The notes below the pieces were generated by a model. The model was not told where the DNA came from and did no database searches. It worked only from the letters and a program-made list of their open reading frames with translations. A DNA stretch of 52,001 nt, counting the filler, from Catajapyx aquilonaris (Eukaryota), in the NCBI GenBank assembly GCA_000934665.2. It is 3 parts of 3 records of this genome, joined end to end, with 100 filler letters (N's around TTAATTAATTAA, not from the genome) between each part and the next. Parts side by side here need not be neighbours in the genome. Positions count along the whole stretch, not along the records: positions 1 to 17,405 come from JYFJ02007004.1; positions 17,506 to 34,697 come from JYFJ02007005.1; 1 more part is not named here. One strand, written 5' to 3'. How positions within the stretch are numbered: the stretch's first letter is position 1; the number at the start of each line of letters is the position of its first letter. The position numbers were made by a program, and so were the translations under genes. This document shows positions 11,546-22,900 of this stretch, one piece after another.

Positions 11546-12735
11546 CTCAAACTCAACCTGTGACCTCCTGCGACCGTCCAGTTTGGGCCATTCTGATTTT
11601 GTGGGATAGTTCAACGTGCAACTGATTTGTAAAGAACCGGACCTGGTCGGACCCAAGACCGAAAAGTCAGGTCAAATCCGGTTATTTACTATTTCACTAC
11701 TTAATTAAAATAGACAACACTGGACATAACCAGTAAGATGGAGGACATTCACTTCACCTAATTGTTTGTGTTTTGTATAGATTTGGACATCTGGAGTAAT
11801 CTTTCTTTAGCTAATTTTTGCGAACTCTTATCCTAAGATTTGATTATGAATTCTGAGTAAAGTGATAAACATTCATTTATCATTCTGCCTTCAGTGTGAA
11901 GTGGTTTACATTGGGTTAAAAATACTTAATTATCTGATCATGATTAACAGTTTAGTGCCCAACATGCAGGGTACACATGAGCACAGAGCCACTTGGATGA
12001 TTAGCTTGGTAAGTGCAACATTATATTTGATGTCACCATTTAATGAGGCAGAGATTAATTACACAATGTTTGGTATTTAAAAATAGCCATTTCCTATCGT
12101 TGTATGGCCTTTTTGGCGTGCTTGGAGATAAAATTATTAGGATATTGCGAATTATTAGAGATTAACTTTTGAACATTTTAAATTTGTCACACTCATATGA
12201 CTGGTGTTTATGCTGTACTCATATGTATACAGTAATATAATTTTAGGTCTGCGATGAGAGCGATCGTTTTCAAATATATTCATTGGTGTGTAACCCATGT
12301 ACTTTTAGAATTAAGAGTGTGCAACCGAGCCTGAAAAATTATTCACCAAATAATTCATTTACAACAATGGAAAATACAAGCAAGAGCATAACTTGTGCAA
12401 CTGAGGAATTTATATGGCATGCGTAATATTCCTCAGTTGCACAAGTACGTACACAGTACAGTTCGTAGGTGCATTACTTATTGAAAGTATCCATTGTCCG
12501 TAACTACAGCAAATTAATGTCTGTGCATTATTGGGCATGACCCGAAATAATTATTGTTGACTTAACCAAAATAAGCTTTTATTGACTGGAGGTCCAGCGA
12601 TATCAGTGAAAACTTTTCTCCGTATTGGTACTGGTACTTTAAACACTGGCCAAGATGTAAGGCTGGATTATATTTCGTCACAGCAGGGGCAAGAGACTCG
12701 CGTCGCTTGCTGAACTTCAGTGTTAACATCACAAG

Positions 12736-15700
12736 ATGGGTGATATTCCAATCGCCGATCGGGATCTGAATTACTTGCACTCGGCTGCTGCAAATGGGAG
12801 TCTATCCATCATCAAGCTCTTGCTGGAAAAAGGTCATGATGTGGACGACACAGACGACAGAGGATTGACGCCTTTAATCTGTGCAGCCGGTGCTGGGAAG
12901 TATCCAGCTTGTAAAATGCTGATCGACAAAGGAGCCAACGTCAATTCACAGGAAAGCATGGAAGGGAGGTCGCCACTGCATCAGGCTGCCGAAGGTGGGC
13001 ATGTGCAAGTCTGCAAAATTCTGTTGGACAACAAAGCAGATGTGGACATTCCCACCAACTGGAGCGACACACCGTTGCATTTTGCTGCTAAATGCGGGCA
13101 GAGCGAGGCAGTTAAATTGTTACTGAAAAGAGGTGCAGATGGACAGGCCAAAAATGGACAAGGAAAAACGCCAACGTCTCTTGCTATTGAAATGAATTGC
13201 ACCCAAGTGACTGAGATAATTTTGGGATTTGTTAAGCCCTCTCCAACACGACAAGGAACTAGGTAACGTTTTATCTGGTATATGGCATAGAATCTAGGTG
13301 CACAATGTACACTACTGTAAATAAAACTGTAAAATGCATGCAGTTTTTACTATGGCTTATAGCCTATAGCCTATATACAATTACAGAACTTATCGTTCTC
13401 CTTGGTTAGCCCCGGTTATCTCATTTATTTGTAGTTGCAGGGATTATAAATTATCGTGTATTCCACCCTTGTAGCATTGCTGTTGCCTTTGATCTTTAAA
13501 CACATCTGATATCGAACAAATTATCATCTGATAAATTCATAAGGAGCATTTTCACTGCGCCTCTGTATACAGTACATTTCTTATTGCATTACTGTATGCG
13601 TAATGTTCAAGACCTAAAAGTAAATATGTAAAAATCGCACAAATCACAGCATGTTAAGATATACAAAGTAGTATAGATTGAAAGAAATAAGTAATTATAG
13701 TCTCGCCAGTAATTTTATACATAAAGTCAGCGGATCTCATTAGCAAATTAAATGACAACAGTGGAGTGTGTTACAGTTGTCTCTGATCGCTTACATATTT
13801 AGAGTTAGGAGGAGTAGGCCTACATTTGAATGCTATGTAACATTTCACTATTATAAATATTTCAGCGATGGTGAGAACATGGTGGACCAGGACAGCGTTA
13901 CGCCGTTTGAATCAAAATACATCAAGTCTTTCACCAACAAGTCATTCATTAGCAAAGGAGCATTTGGAGTGGTCCTGGAAGCAAAATTCAATCTTGATGA
14001 ATCATTCTACGCTGTCAAACGAGTAGAAATGCCCGCTGGAGACAAGGAACGACAAAATGTCCTGAAAGAGATCCGTGCACTTGCACAACTGCATCATAAT
14101 AATATTGTGAAGTATTATCATGCATGGGAGGAAACCACTCCTGTCTGGCTGTATAATGAGATGGACGCATCTCTACTGACGTATGACAGGACGACTCCAG
14201 AAGGGGAAGAAGCAACTCAGAGGGCTGCAGCTTATCTCACTGGTCCAGTAACAGGAAGTGTGATACATCTGCTTTACATGCAGCTCGAATTGTGCCATCA
14301 AGAAACACTGGGACATTGGTTGAATAAGGGAATCCGACATGCCAGGTTGACAAATTGGCACGTATTTGAGCAGCTCGTGAATGGAGTATGTTACATTCAT
14401 GAGAAAGGCTGCATTCATCGTGATTTGAAGCCGTATAATATTCTATTTTCTCGAGATCAAAATCTTGTGAAAATAGGAGATTTCGGGTTGAGTACGTTTG
14501 CCCAGGCTCCTGGGAACACAAACTCCACCGTTACAAGTGACAGAGAAATTAAAAGTCACCACACAGGAAATGTGGGTACTAGACTCTACATGAGTCCGGA
14601 GCAGCAGTCAGGATTCTACGACCAAAAAACGGATGTGTTTGCCTTGGGATTGATTCTGTATGAAATGACGTTGCCATTTGGCGGAAACAGTGAGAAACGT
14701 GAAGAAGCATTTGATTGCGCACGAAAGAACGAATTTCCTGATGACGTTCAGCAGAAGTATCAACGAGAAGTAGAACTTATCAAGCTCATGCTGACACCTG
14801 ATCCATGCATGCGTCCCGTTGCATCATACATCATGCAACAAATAGATCTCTTTTTGAAAAATATAAAGGTAAGTCATGTTGCAATAAATTAATTCCTTAT
14901 TGTACTCACAAAATAAATGTGTTTCATTCATACGGTGTTTCGTGATGATTCATACAAACTACTAGGATGAATAATTCTTGGGCACCAGAGAATAATATTT
15001 TATGTGGATGTGTTATTAATATTATTATGTTTCCAAAGCCTATACTGAGAGAAGTAGTATTGCAGTAATCAAACAGTACCTTACAGCATATTATGTCCAT
15101 ATCCTATATCTCAGATACACATACTTCACCTCAGAATCTGACTGCTTTATATGAATAAAAGAGAACGTATTTTCAATATAATTTTTATCGTATAACTCTG
15201 AATGAAAAGGGTAAACGCTCTTGAAGGAACACATACCTGTGCAGTTAGTATTAATTTTATAACTTGTGTTTGAATCAGATTATTCGACAGACTAGGTTAC
15301 GAATGCCAAAATGGTCATAAAGTGGTCGCCTGGTACCCAGATGGTTACCCTAAAATCCTAGAACTTTGTCAGAATCATTATAATAATTATGAAACGTCTT
15401 GGAGAATATTAGTTTGAATACTATTAAAACTGTATCTATTTGAATTAGATTAGACTTGCGGTACCATTCCTAACACTGATGGTACTGCTAAGTTAGCAGC
15501 GGTTATCAGTAGCTACAGCAGTGAGACGAAATTTCCACCCAAAGTTTCCAATAAACAAGTAGGCAATAATGCTTGCTTTTAGTTTTTTTTGTTATAGTTT
15601 CACTTAAATTATGCACAAATTAAAAATTTGGAACATAGCATATATACCGTACTGATTTGTCCTTGAAAATTTTGATTTTCCCTCAATGTTTCATTTCAGG

Positions 15701-16254
15701 TGTTTCAAGATGATTTTATGGACATTTGCGACAGAGGTAGTTTGGAGGAGATTCAAAAATGGGTGTGTCAGAGGGGTTTCTTGGAATCAATCGATCTGGA
15801 AGGTCGATATTCCGCCATTCATTCGGCTGTTTCAGAAAATCGGATGGACATGGCCTCCTTTATTGCACACTACTTATTAGAAGAATCGGCAGGAAATGGA
15901 TCATGGGGCTCTGGTTTGGATCGCAATAAGACTCTGCTGCACATGTCTGCAATGGAAGGTAATGAGTCGGTAACTCGTACTCTCCTAGAGTCAGGGGCAG
16001 ACCCATTTGAAGTAGATGCCAATGGAAGAGTGCCTCGTTATTATGCCCTTTTTGGAAACCACACATCAACTGCCAATCTTCTGAAGCAGTATGAGGATAA
16101 ATTATCCAAAGAATCACAATCAGATGTTGATTCAGAAGAACACAATGAGGTGGGCACGTCATATTGTGCAAGTATAACGTATGATACTCGTATATTAATG
16201 TTGCGTCCTTGTCTAAGCCTGAATATTGTCCTATACAGTAGTCTAACATTATAA
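12736..16254 (+). CDS. Ankyrin repeat - eIF2-alpha-kinase (PERK-like) domain - ankyrin repeat protein (660-694+ aa)
   Basis: Exon 12736-13262 has 4-5 ANK repeats (AG|GTAACG, phase 2). Exon 13866-14868 (ttcag|C restores frame) has the kinase motifs KGAFGVV, YAVKRV, LYMQLELC, HRDLKPYN, KIGDFGL and HTGNVGTRLYMSPEQ, and ends AAG|GTAAGT, phase 0. Exon 3 from 15700 (ttcag|GTG) has 3-4 ANK repeats. The 3' end is uncertain: stop at 16254, or donor GAG|GTGGGC after 16149. Confidence 0.85.
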
Positions 16255-16818
16255 GACGAGGACTACAGATTCGAGGAAATCGAACCTGTTTCGGTACTGA
16301 CCCACTATTTCGTTACTGTTGATTTACATGAATTTATGTCAAGGTAGATTAATTCAATCAGCTCTGTCGCTCGTTTTTTAAAAATTCGGACCTTTGACGA
16401 CATGAAATCAGATCATCAATAATCTCCTTTCACAATAGTATCTAAAAAGTGGACCAGTCACAGGCCCAGATCTGGTTTAATCCTTGCTTCGTCCGAATTC
16501 GTTATGACCCCGATGACAGCATTACACAAGGAATTAAGAGGGCCGGGTCATTACGTTTCCCGACATTTTCTGGGCGGTAGCGAGCCAAAATAGGGTGCGC
16601 TGACTCGCCTTTTTTGGAGGCATTTGGGCAGTTTATTTTCATATCATGGCACATATGTGGGAAAAGCTAGACCCCCCGCCACTAACCCCGAAACCAGGTC
16701 TGTCGATCGGAGGGAGAAAGGCAACAGCGCCGCCGGCAAGGGTTTCCAATCCACCCCACCGCCGACAAGGGGAGCCAATTCAGATATAAGCTGCCAGTAT
16801 GACCCGTCATAGTTATAT

Positions 16819-16822
<4 letters not shown>

Positions 16823-16913
<91 letters not shown>
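16823..16913. repeat. (AAT)n microsatellite
   Basis: About 30 perfect units. Confidence 0.95.
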
Positions 16914-16914
<1 letters not shown>

Positions 16915-17265
16915 GGGGGAGGTGTGGTGGCCGTGATGGTAACGTCACAGCTTGCTGAGTGAAAGGCCCCATGTTCGATCCCCGCCTGGGGAACTTTATT
17001 TTCACCTGCGTCAGGAGGGTCTCTCACCTGCACCAAAGAGGTGTCTGGCAACCTAACCTCCTGGGGGACAGCACATGACCCCTTTACCGACATTGCACTT
17101 GCACCTAATGTTCCCTCCCCAAAATCCCTACCCATATCCTACATCCTAGACTCCTTGCACCGGTGTATGAAGTAAAACGGAGAGAAAATGGTGGTATCCC
17201 ACCCCCCCTAAAAGGCTCAGCCTTATCACGGGGTAACGTATAATAATAATAATAATAATAATAAT

Positions 17266-17360
<95 letters not shown>
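16915..17360 (+). mobile_element. tRNA-derived SINE with compound (AAT)/(CAT) tail
   Basis: A box ggtggccgtgatgg and B box atgttcgatccc. The body is homologous to the minus-strand copy at 31213-31571, with a 3' stem-loop at 17202-17233. Confidence 0.8.
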
Positions 17361-17363
<3 letters not shown>

Positions 17364-17405
17364 AACAACAACAACAACAACATCACGACATTTCCCTATG
17401 AGGGG

Positions 17406-17505
17406 NNNNNNNNNNNNNNNNNNNNNNNNNNNNNNNNNNNNNNNNNNNNTTAATTAATTAANNNNNNNNNNNNNNNNNNNNNNNNNNNNNNNNNNNNNNN
17501 NNNNN
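17406..17505. other. Assembly gap with artificial TTAATTAATTAA spacer
   Basis: N-run / ttaattaattaa / N-run, the same layout as 34698-34797. Confidence 0.95.
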
Positions 17506-17916
17506 TCTGGCGGTGGAACAATGTGGAACTCACTTGGAACAATTAGACCACATCACTAAACAGGTAATTCCGACGACTGGCGGTGCCAACTTCACGGACG
17601 TAAGGCAGCCTAGCCTGGGTCACTTTTAAGTTCACAAAAAACCATATGGCATATCATTAGGTAGAATCAAGATTTTTGCATGACTTTTAGAGACCAAATT
17701 GAGTGCGAAGTCTGGCTGCTGATAAGCGCAAGCAAGCGCAAGGTTGCATTCTCATGAGAAAATGGAAAGCAATGTTTTTGATCCTTGTCATTCATTGTTT
17801 CAAATATTGTTACCAACAATATATTGAGGAACAAGGGATATAATCATGGGTTTTGAATTTACCATCATTCATGCAACAAGGCATTAAACGCTTGGACCAC
17901 GAAGCTGCTACTTTAC

Positions 17917-19419
17917 CAAAAGCATATTTCTTTTCGTTTTCCTCTCCTCTTCTCTTCAAGTTGGTATTCTTGGCAGTAGCAGTGCTCTTTCCCGCTCGCT
18001 TTGCACCTTCAGTATCAGCAGACAACCTGAGTCGTTCCTCTTTCTCCAAGTACAATTCTTCAGCAAGCTGAAACTTATACTCCTCTTTTAGCGCCAATAG
18101 TACTTTCTTGATCAGCAAGGCCTGGAGTGGTGGAGGAGGTAAAGGTCCTATGTCTTGCTCCTTGTGGTCTTCACCTTCAGCCGATTTAGGAGCTGGCACC
18201 TCTGCTGTCTTACCCCCCTTGAGAGATCCTTTCTTCGAGTCTTTACCTTTCTTTGAGTCCTTCCTATCACCTTTACCCTTCTTGTCGCCATCTTTATTTT
18301 TCTCGCCTTTGTCTCCAGGATCCAACAAGGGTTGGTTTTCCTACATCATTGAAACCCTTTTAATATATTGTAATGTAGCTTACTCAAACATTACAATATT
18401 CATGCATTATGACAACTAAAGAAGTGCTTTTATTCACAAGACCATCATGCATGGCTTACCGCGAATACTTTAGATGGCATGAGTGCAGTGAATCCTTTTC
18501 TGTTCCTTCCCTCAATGGAACTAATGAGAATGTTGGCAGGTTCAGCTGCAACTGGCCCTCCCTCCACCAACATCAGAATGCAGCATCTCCATGTGTCCTA
18601 ACATTAAAATTGGGGAGAACAAGGTTAGGCTAATTGAGTTTAAAGGTAACGCAATGCATCATTTATCAACAAACTTTGTGCACTGTACAGTATTTTCAAA
18701 ATAATGGTGCTGAAACTCCCGGAGTGATGTGCCATATTAATTTTTGCTCGGATGAAAGTCAGCCAGTAAACCATACACAAACATGGTTACAAATAAGGTA
18801 ATGTATGATAAAAAGAGTCTCATCAGGCAGTGAACCACATATTCCTCTCCTACCATCTCCTACCAATCAAATAAGAATCTTCAGTTCACTAGTAGATAAG
18901 ACATGTCAGGATGCTTCTCATCCTTTTACCTGGATTTATTTACATAACCATGTCAGTGCATAGTTTATTGGCTCACTTTTATCTAAATTAATTTTGTACT
19001 TCCTGTTTGAATTTTCAGAGCAACGAATAATTGCTTGCCAGAAGGCCCTTCAAGTAGGTACAGACACAGTACAGTACGTACACTCTTACGTAGATGCACG
19101 AAATCAACACAACAACACTATAGTTGGCAACACTGCTCCTATCAATAAAATAGTGAGCCAGTTCCAGAATAGGTTTGGTTTCAACCAGTTTCAAGCACCT
19201 AGGTCTAGCCCAATTCTAACATCATGAAATATTTTCTATTGCATTCAAGCAAAAATCCCCTAAGAAATAATTAAATTCGCCCTGTAATATTTCAAATGCA
19301 GTTAATGAATTCTTAGCTATAACACATACGTCACAGAGCTCAGCATTCATCACTGAATCGTCTGAAGAGGGATCCCTGCCTGGTGCCTGCTTTGGATCCA
19401 TTTTCGACTTTTTCGACAT
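17917..19419 (-). CDS. SPAG17: SPAG17/PF6-like paralog B, first three coding exons only
   Basis: Exons 19419-19330 (MSKKSK...NAELCD), 18597-18460 (DTWRCCILMLVE...RKGFTAL) and 18340-17917 (...TNLKRRGEENEKKYAF, phase 1). All are GT-AG with the same boundaries and phases as paralog A; LKRRGE matches the SPAG17 N-terminus. Confidence 0.8.
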
Positions 19420-19902
19420 TTCGCTGAAAACTATTGTAAATCTCCCCAGCACAACTCGGAGTTGAAATAAATAAACCCACTGGAGAAAATGAGCACCCCT
19501 TTTCACCAAATAAAAATTGGCACTGTTATGTTATTTACATTGCATTTCCATGGAAATGACAATGTTCACAACCATTACTAACAAGTATACTAACAAGTAA
19601 GTGCACAACTAACAATTAGTGCCGTCAACAATGTAGCGAAGTTGCCTAAGTTAGGTGAGCCAATATTTGGCGTCCTAACTAGCCTACATCTGTCGTGCCA
19701 CTGTGTGGTCTACACTCACGTGACTGTATAATGTATCAAATCTGTTGATATAGTTTTTAATAGTTTATTACATAGTTATGAAACTATCCATGATAAGCAA
19801 TTGACAACATTGCCTTCTTGATATGCAGCTTTTGCTTCCGTCCTAGGTAATAAACCACGACAATCTTGTTGGAGCAGCTGTGAAACATTTGAAAAATTAT
19901 AT

Positions 19903-22900
19903 TCATAAAATTTGATTTCGCAGAAAGTGTTTCCCTGCTGCACTGGAGAAGTAAGGATCAATGATGTGGTGGATTAGGCTGTCCATCAGAAGTTTTTCAG
20001 CTTGTCGAAACCGAAGACCTCGATCTGGAAGTGTGTGACTCAAGCGAAGTGATTTAGTAGGTGAAGATGGTCGTGGTACTTCATCATCTTCCTTTATGGA
20101 TGCCTCTTTGTACATTTCCAAGGCTACCTTCCATGTGGGCCACCACGTCTACAATTTCAGAAATGATATGAAACATATTGTACTGCACAACGTACTGCTT
20201 TCCTCAAAACGTAAGCTACAGTATATGGTCAGAGTTGCATCAAATTTGAAATCGTAATTTAGCTCGTGCTGGATGGGTAAAGGATCTAATGATGCCTTTG
20301 GTATTAGACTGCCATTTAAATAATTCAATCCTGTAATGACTGTAACTATAATGAGGGAGTACCTTCAAACATAAAAGTCCCAACCCAACCCCCATATAAG
20401 GCATGTGTCACATGCCAGGAACGCCTTCTCTTACAGCTGGTTGTTCTACCTACAAGAAAACATTTCGGTTGGAGAAAAGCCAGAAAAGTATGAATGACCA
20501 ACTTTTCTATCTCTTTTACTGCTAGAAAATTTTTCTGCAGGTGGTGAAACCAGTCCTATTTGCTTCCCAAGCAGTTAAGTAACCCAATTTGAACCCCTTC
20601 CAAACTTCCCTATCAGTTATGGCCCAGACTTTGTGGCACCTATGCCAAACCATGCATAAATCATTTTCACCGTGGCATTCAGACGAATTCACCAAATTGA
20701 ACCATATCAAATTTTCTCCACGTACCCCTGGCTCGTCTTCATCATCCACAATGTCACATTCTTCCCCCACATTGTCCTCCTTGTTCAGCTCCTCCAGCAA
20801 TTCTCTAGCTATTTGGGAAAAAATCATCCTCATCCTCGGAAGAGGAGCCCAACTCTGACGAAACTGCCGCACTATGAGAGCCTCTGGTGGCATTTGTTCC
20901 ACAGCATCCCTAGGCTTGTTCATGCTCTCTTCCGCCCGGGGGAACAACAGGTCATGAATGCTAGCTGTCCATCGCCATTCCTTCCTGTTCCTCACCAGAT
21001 CTGCCCAAGAGGGGGTGTAGTCCTTGGCTCTACTAACGGGGATGCTCCACTTTCCATCGCCATCCTCTGACATGGGCATCAGAGTGTAGATATCAGATTT
21101 TGGTGGAGCACATGGGCATTCATCTTGTTCAATGTCCTTCTTCACAGTGACACCCCCATTGTTCTGCACAAACGTCATCCATTGTTGAACCTCATGAGAA
21201 CTGAGAAATTGAACCCCACTTAAGTTAGGTTCGACAACAAAAATGCGACGAGGCACAAATGAAGGAGGTATGTGACGATCTGCAGTTTCAGGGCACTCAG
21301 GAAAATGTCCGTGACATACCCTCGGGGCTTTGGAAAATGGCCGGATCAGGAATTCACCATTCAGTGAGACCTACAAAAGAAAAAGAAGTGGCTGGTAGCA
21401 GTTTCACACAGCTTTTCTTTCTGAGTAAAAATATTTGCAAACTTGATATTTTTAAATATAGAGAAAGCTACATTAATAAATTGTGCACAACAATTGATAT
21501 GTGCATGATACGTACGTAAGTGACAATATGGTAAATTTCCACACCCTGCATATAAGTCTTGGGTTACGTACACAAACGTGCAAATATCAAGTCAATTTAG
21601 CATTTAATATGTGAGGGTCTTCCAACAAATGAGAAAAAATCTCGTTATAAAGGAGTTTTTGCTTTGATGGTGTTTTGGTAGACCAAGTGTGCTATAATTT
21701 CCTAGATAACTTCAACATCTGTTTAAGAATAAATTACCACCTGCACAAGATTCCCACTATTATCACAAGCTGTAGCCAGAAGAGGTGTTCTTGCATCTGG
21801 ATGTGCATGATACATCTGCAGATTGCATACTGTGCCTTGCTCTCCACATGAAAAAATTGCATTTTCTTCATACAATTTCAGCCTCACACCATCTGTTGTC
21901 TTCAACCTCATCCCGGAAGGCCCTTTCACTCTCACAGTCAAGTTCGTGCCATCAGGGAGAATGATATCCAAATTTCCATTTTTCTCATCACTCTGTAATT
22001 TTTAATTAGTAAATATCCTCAAAAGTGCTAATAAAATATACAACTTGTTACTTTGTTAATAATTATTGGACCTTCCTCATGCACAAAGTGAAAAAGTCTC
22101 ATTGTGATAAAATATTTGACTACTGCCCATGCCCACGCTATTTACACAACCTTCTAACTGAATTTCGAAACATTTGACAAAATCAGAGTGAAAAAACAGC
22201 ATCACCAGACTTCACTTTGCAGAAGCATGTTAATTCACTGACCATAACCATGGCAAATGATGGATGGCACATGCGATGATTCAAGTCCACCACCACCCAA
22301 TCACTCCGCGGCTTGTAGGTGACCATCATCTCAGTGATGATGACACTTCCATCTGGATATTCTACCTCCATGGTACCATCTGATTGCATTGTTACTGCAA
22401 CACCATCTTCTCTAATATCCTTCACTTGGCCAATGGCCCGGTTGATGATCTTGTGTGAGTTCAGAGATGGTAGATCATGCTTCCACTCGTATATCTCCTG
22501 CCAGACCTTTCCACGCCACAGTCTGGCCTCCAATTTGTTAATGACCAAACCAGTGGCACAGGCATCGCTAGGATTATCACCACCCAGCAAATCAGAATCT
22601 ATCTCTTCCTTATCTTGACCTCCATCGCTGGACAAAGGTGGTTCTTGGTTCGCCTTACTGTGGGGTCAAATTGCACACTGGTGTTGCTTCTCATTGTTGG
22701 TGAATACATGGTGCACAAATATATCACGACAACACTTTGTAAAATGATAGAGGGGTTCTAGGCAATCATTTTAAGTATATACATCACGGATGGCAGCATA
22801 GTTACCAAGATAATTAACAGAAAATAAAAAGTGCCATATAGCATCTTCTATGTCACGGATATAGCTTACGGCGCTTCTATCGCCAAGGCCATTCCCTGCT

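Noticed and set aside
12736..16254. Calling the ANK-kinase RNase L, IRE1 or PERK itself
   Set aside because: The kinase has intact eIF2AK motifs, and no KEN nuclease, luminal or transmembrane domain is visible.
16644..17386. ORFs with poly-I, poly-L, poly-Y/D (also poly-N at 5139-5321 and poly-T/N at 44087-44396)
   Set aside because: They are translations of trinucleotide microsatellites.
17450..17461. TTAATTAATTAA island inside N-runs (also 34742-34753)
   Set aside because: It is identical in both gaps and places stops in all frames, so it is an assembly spacer rather than biology.
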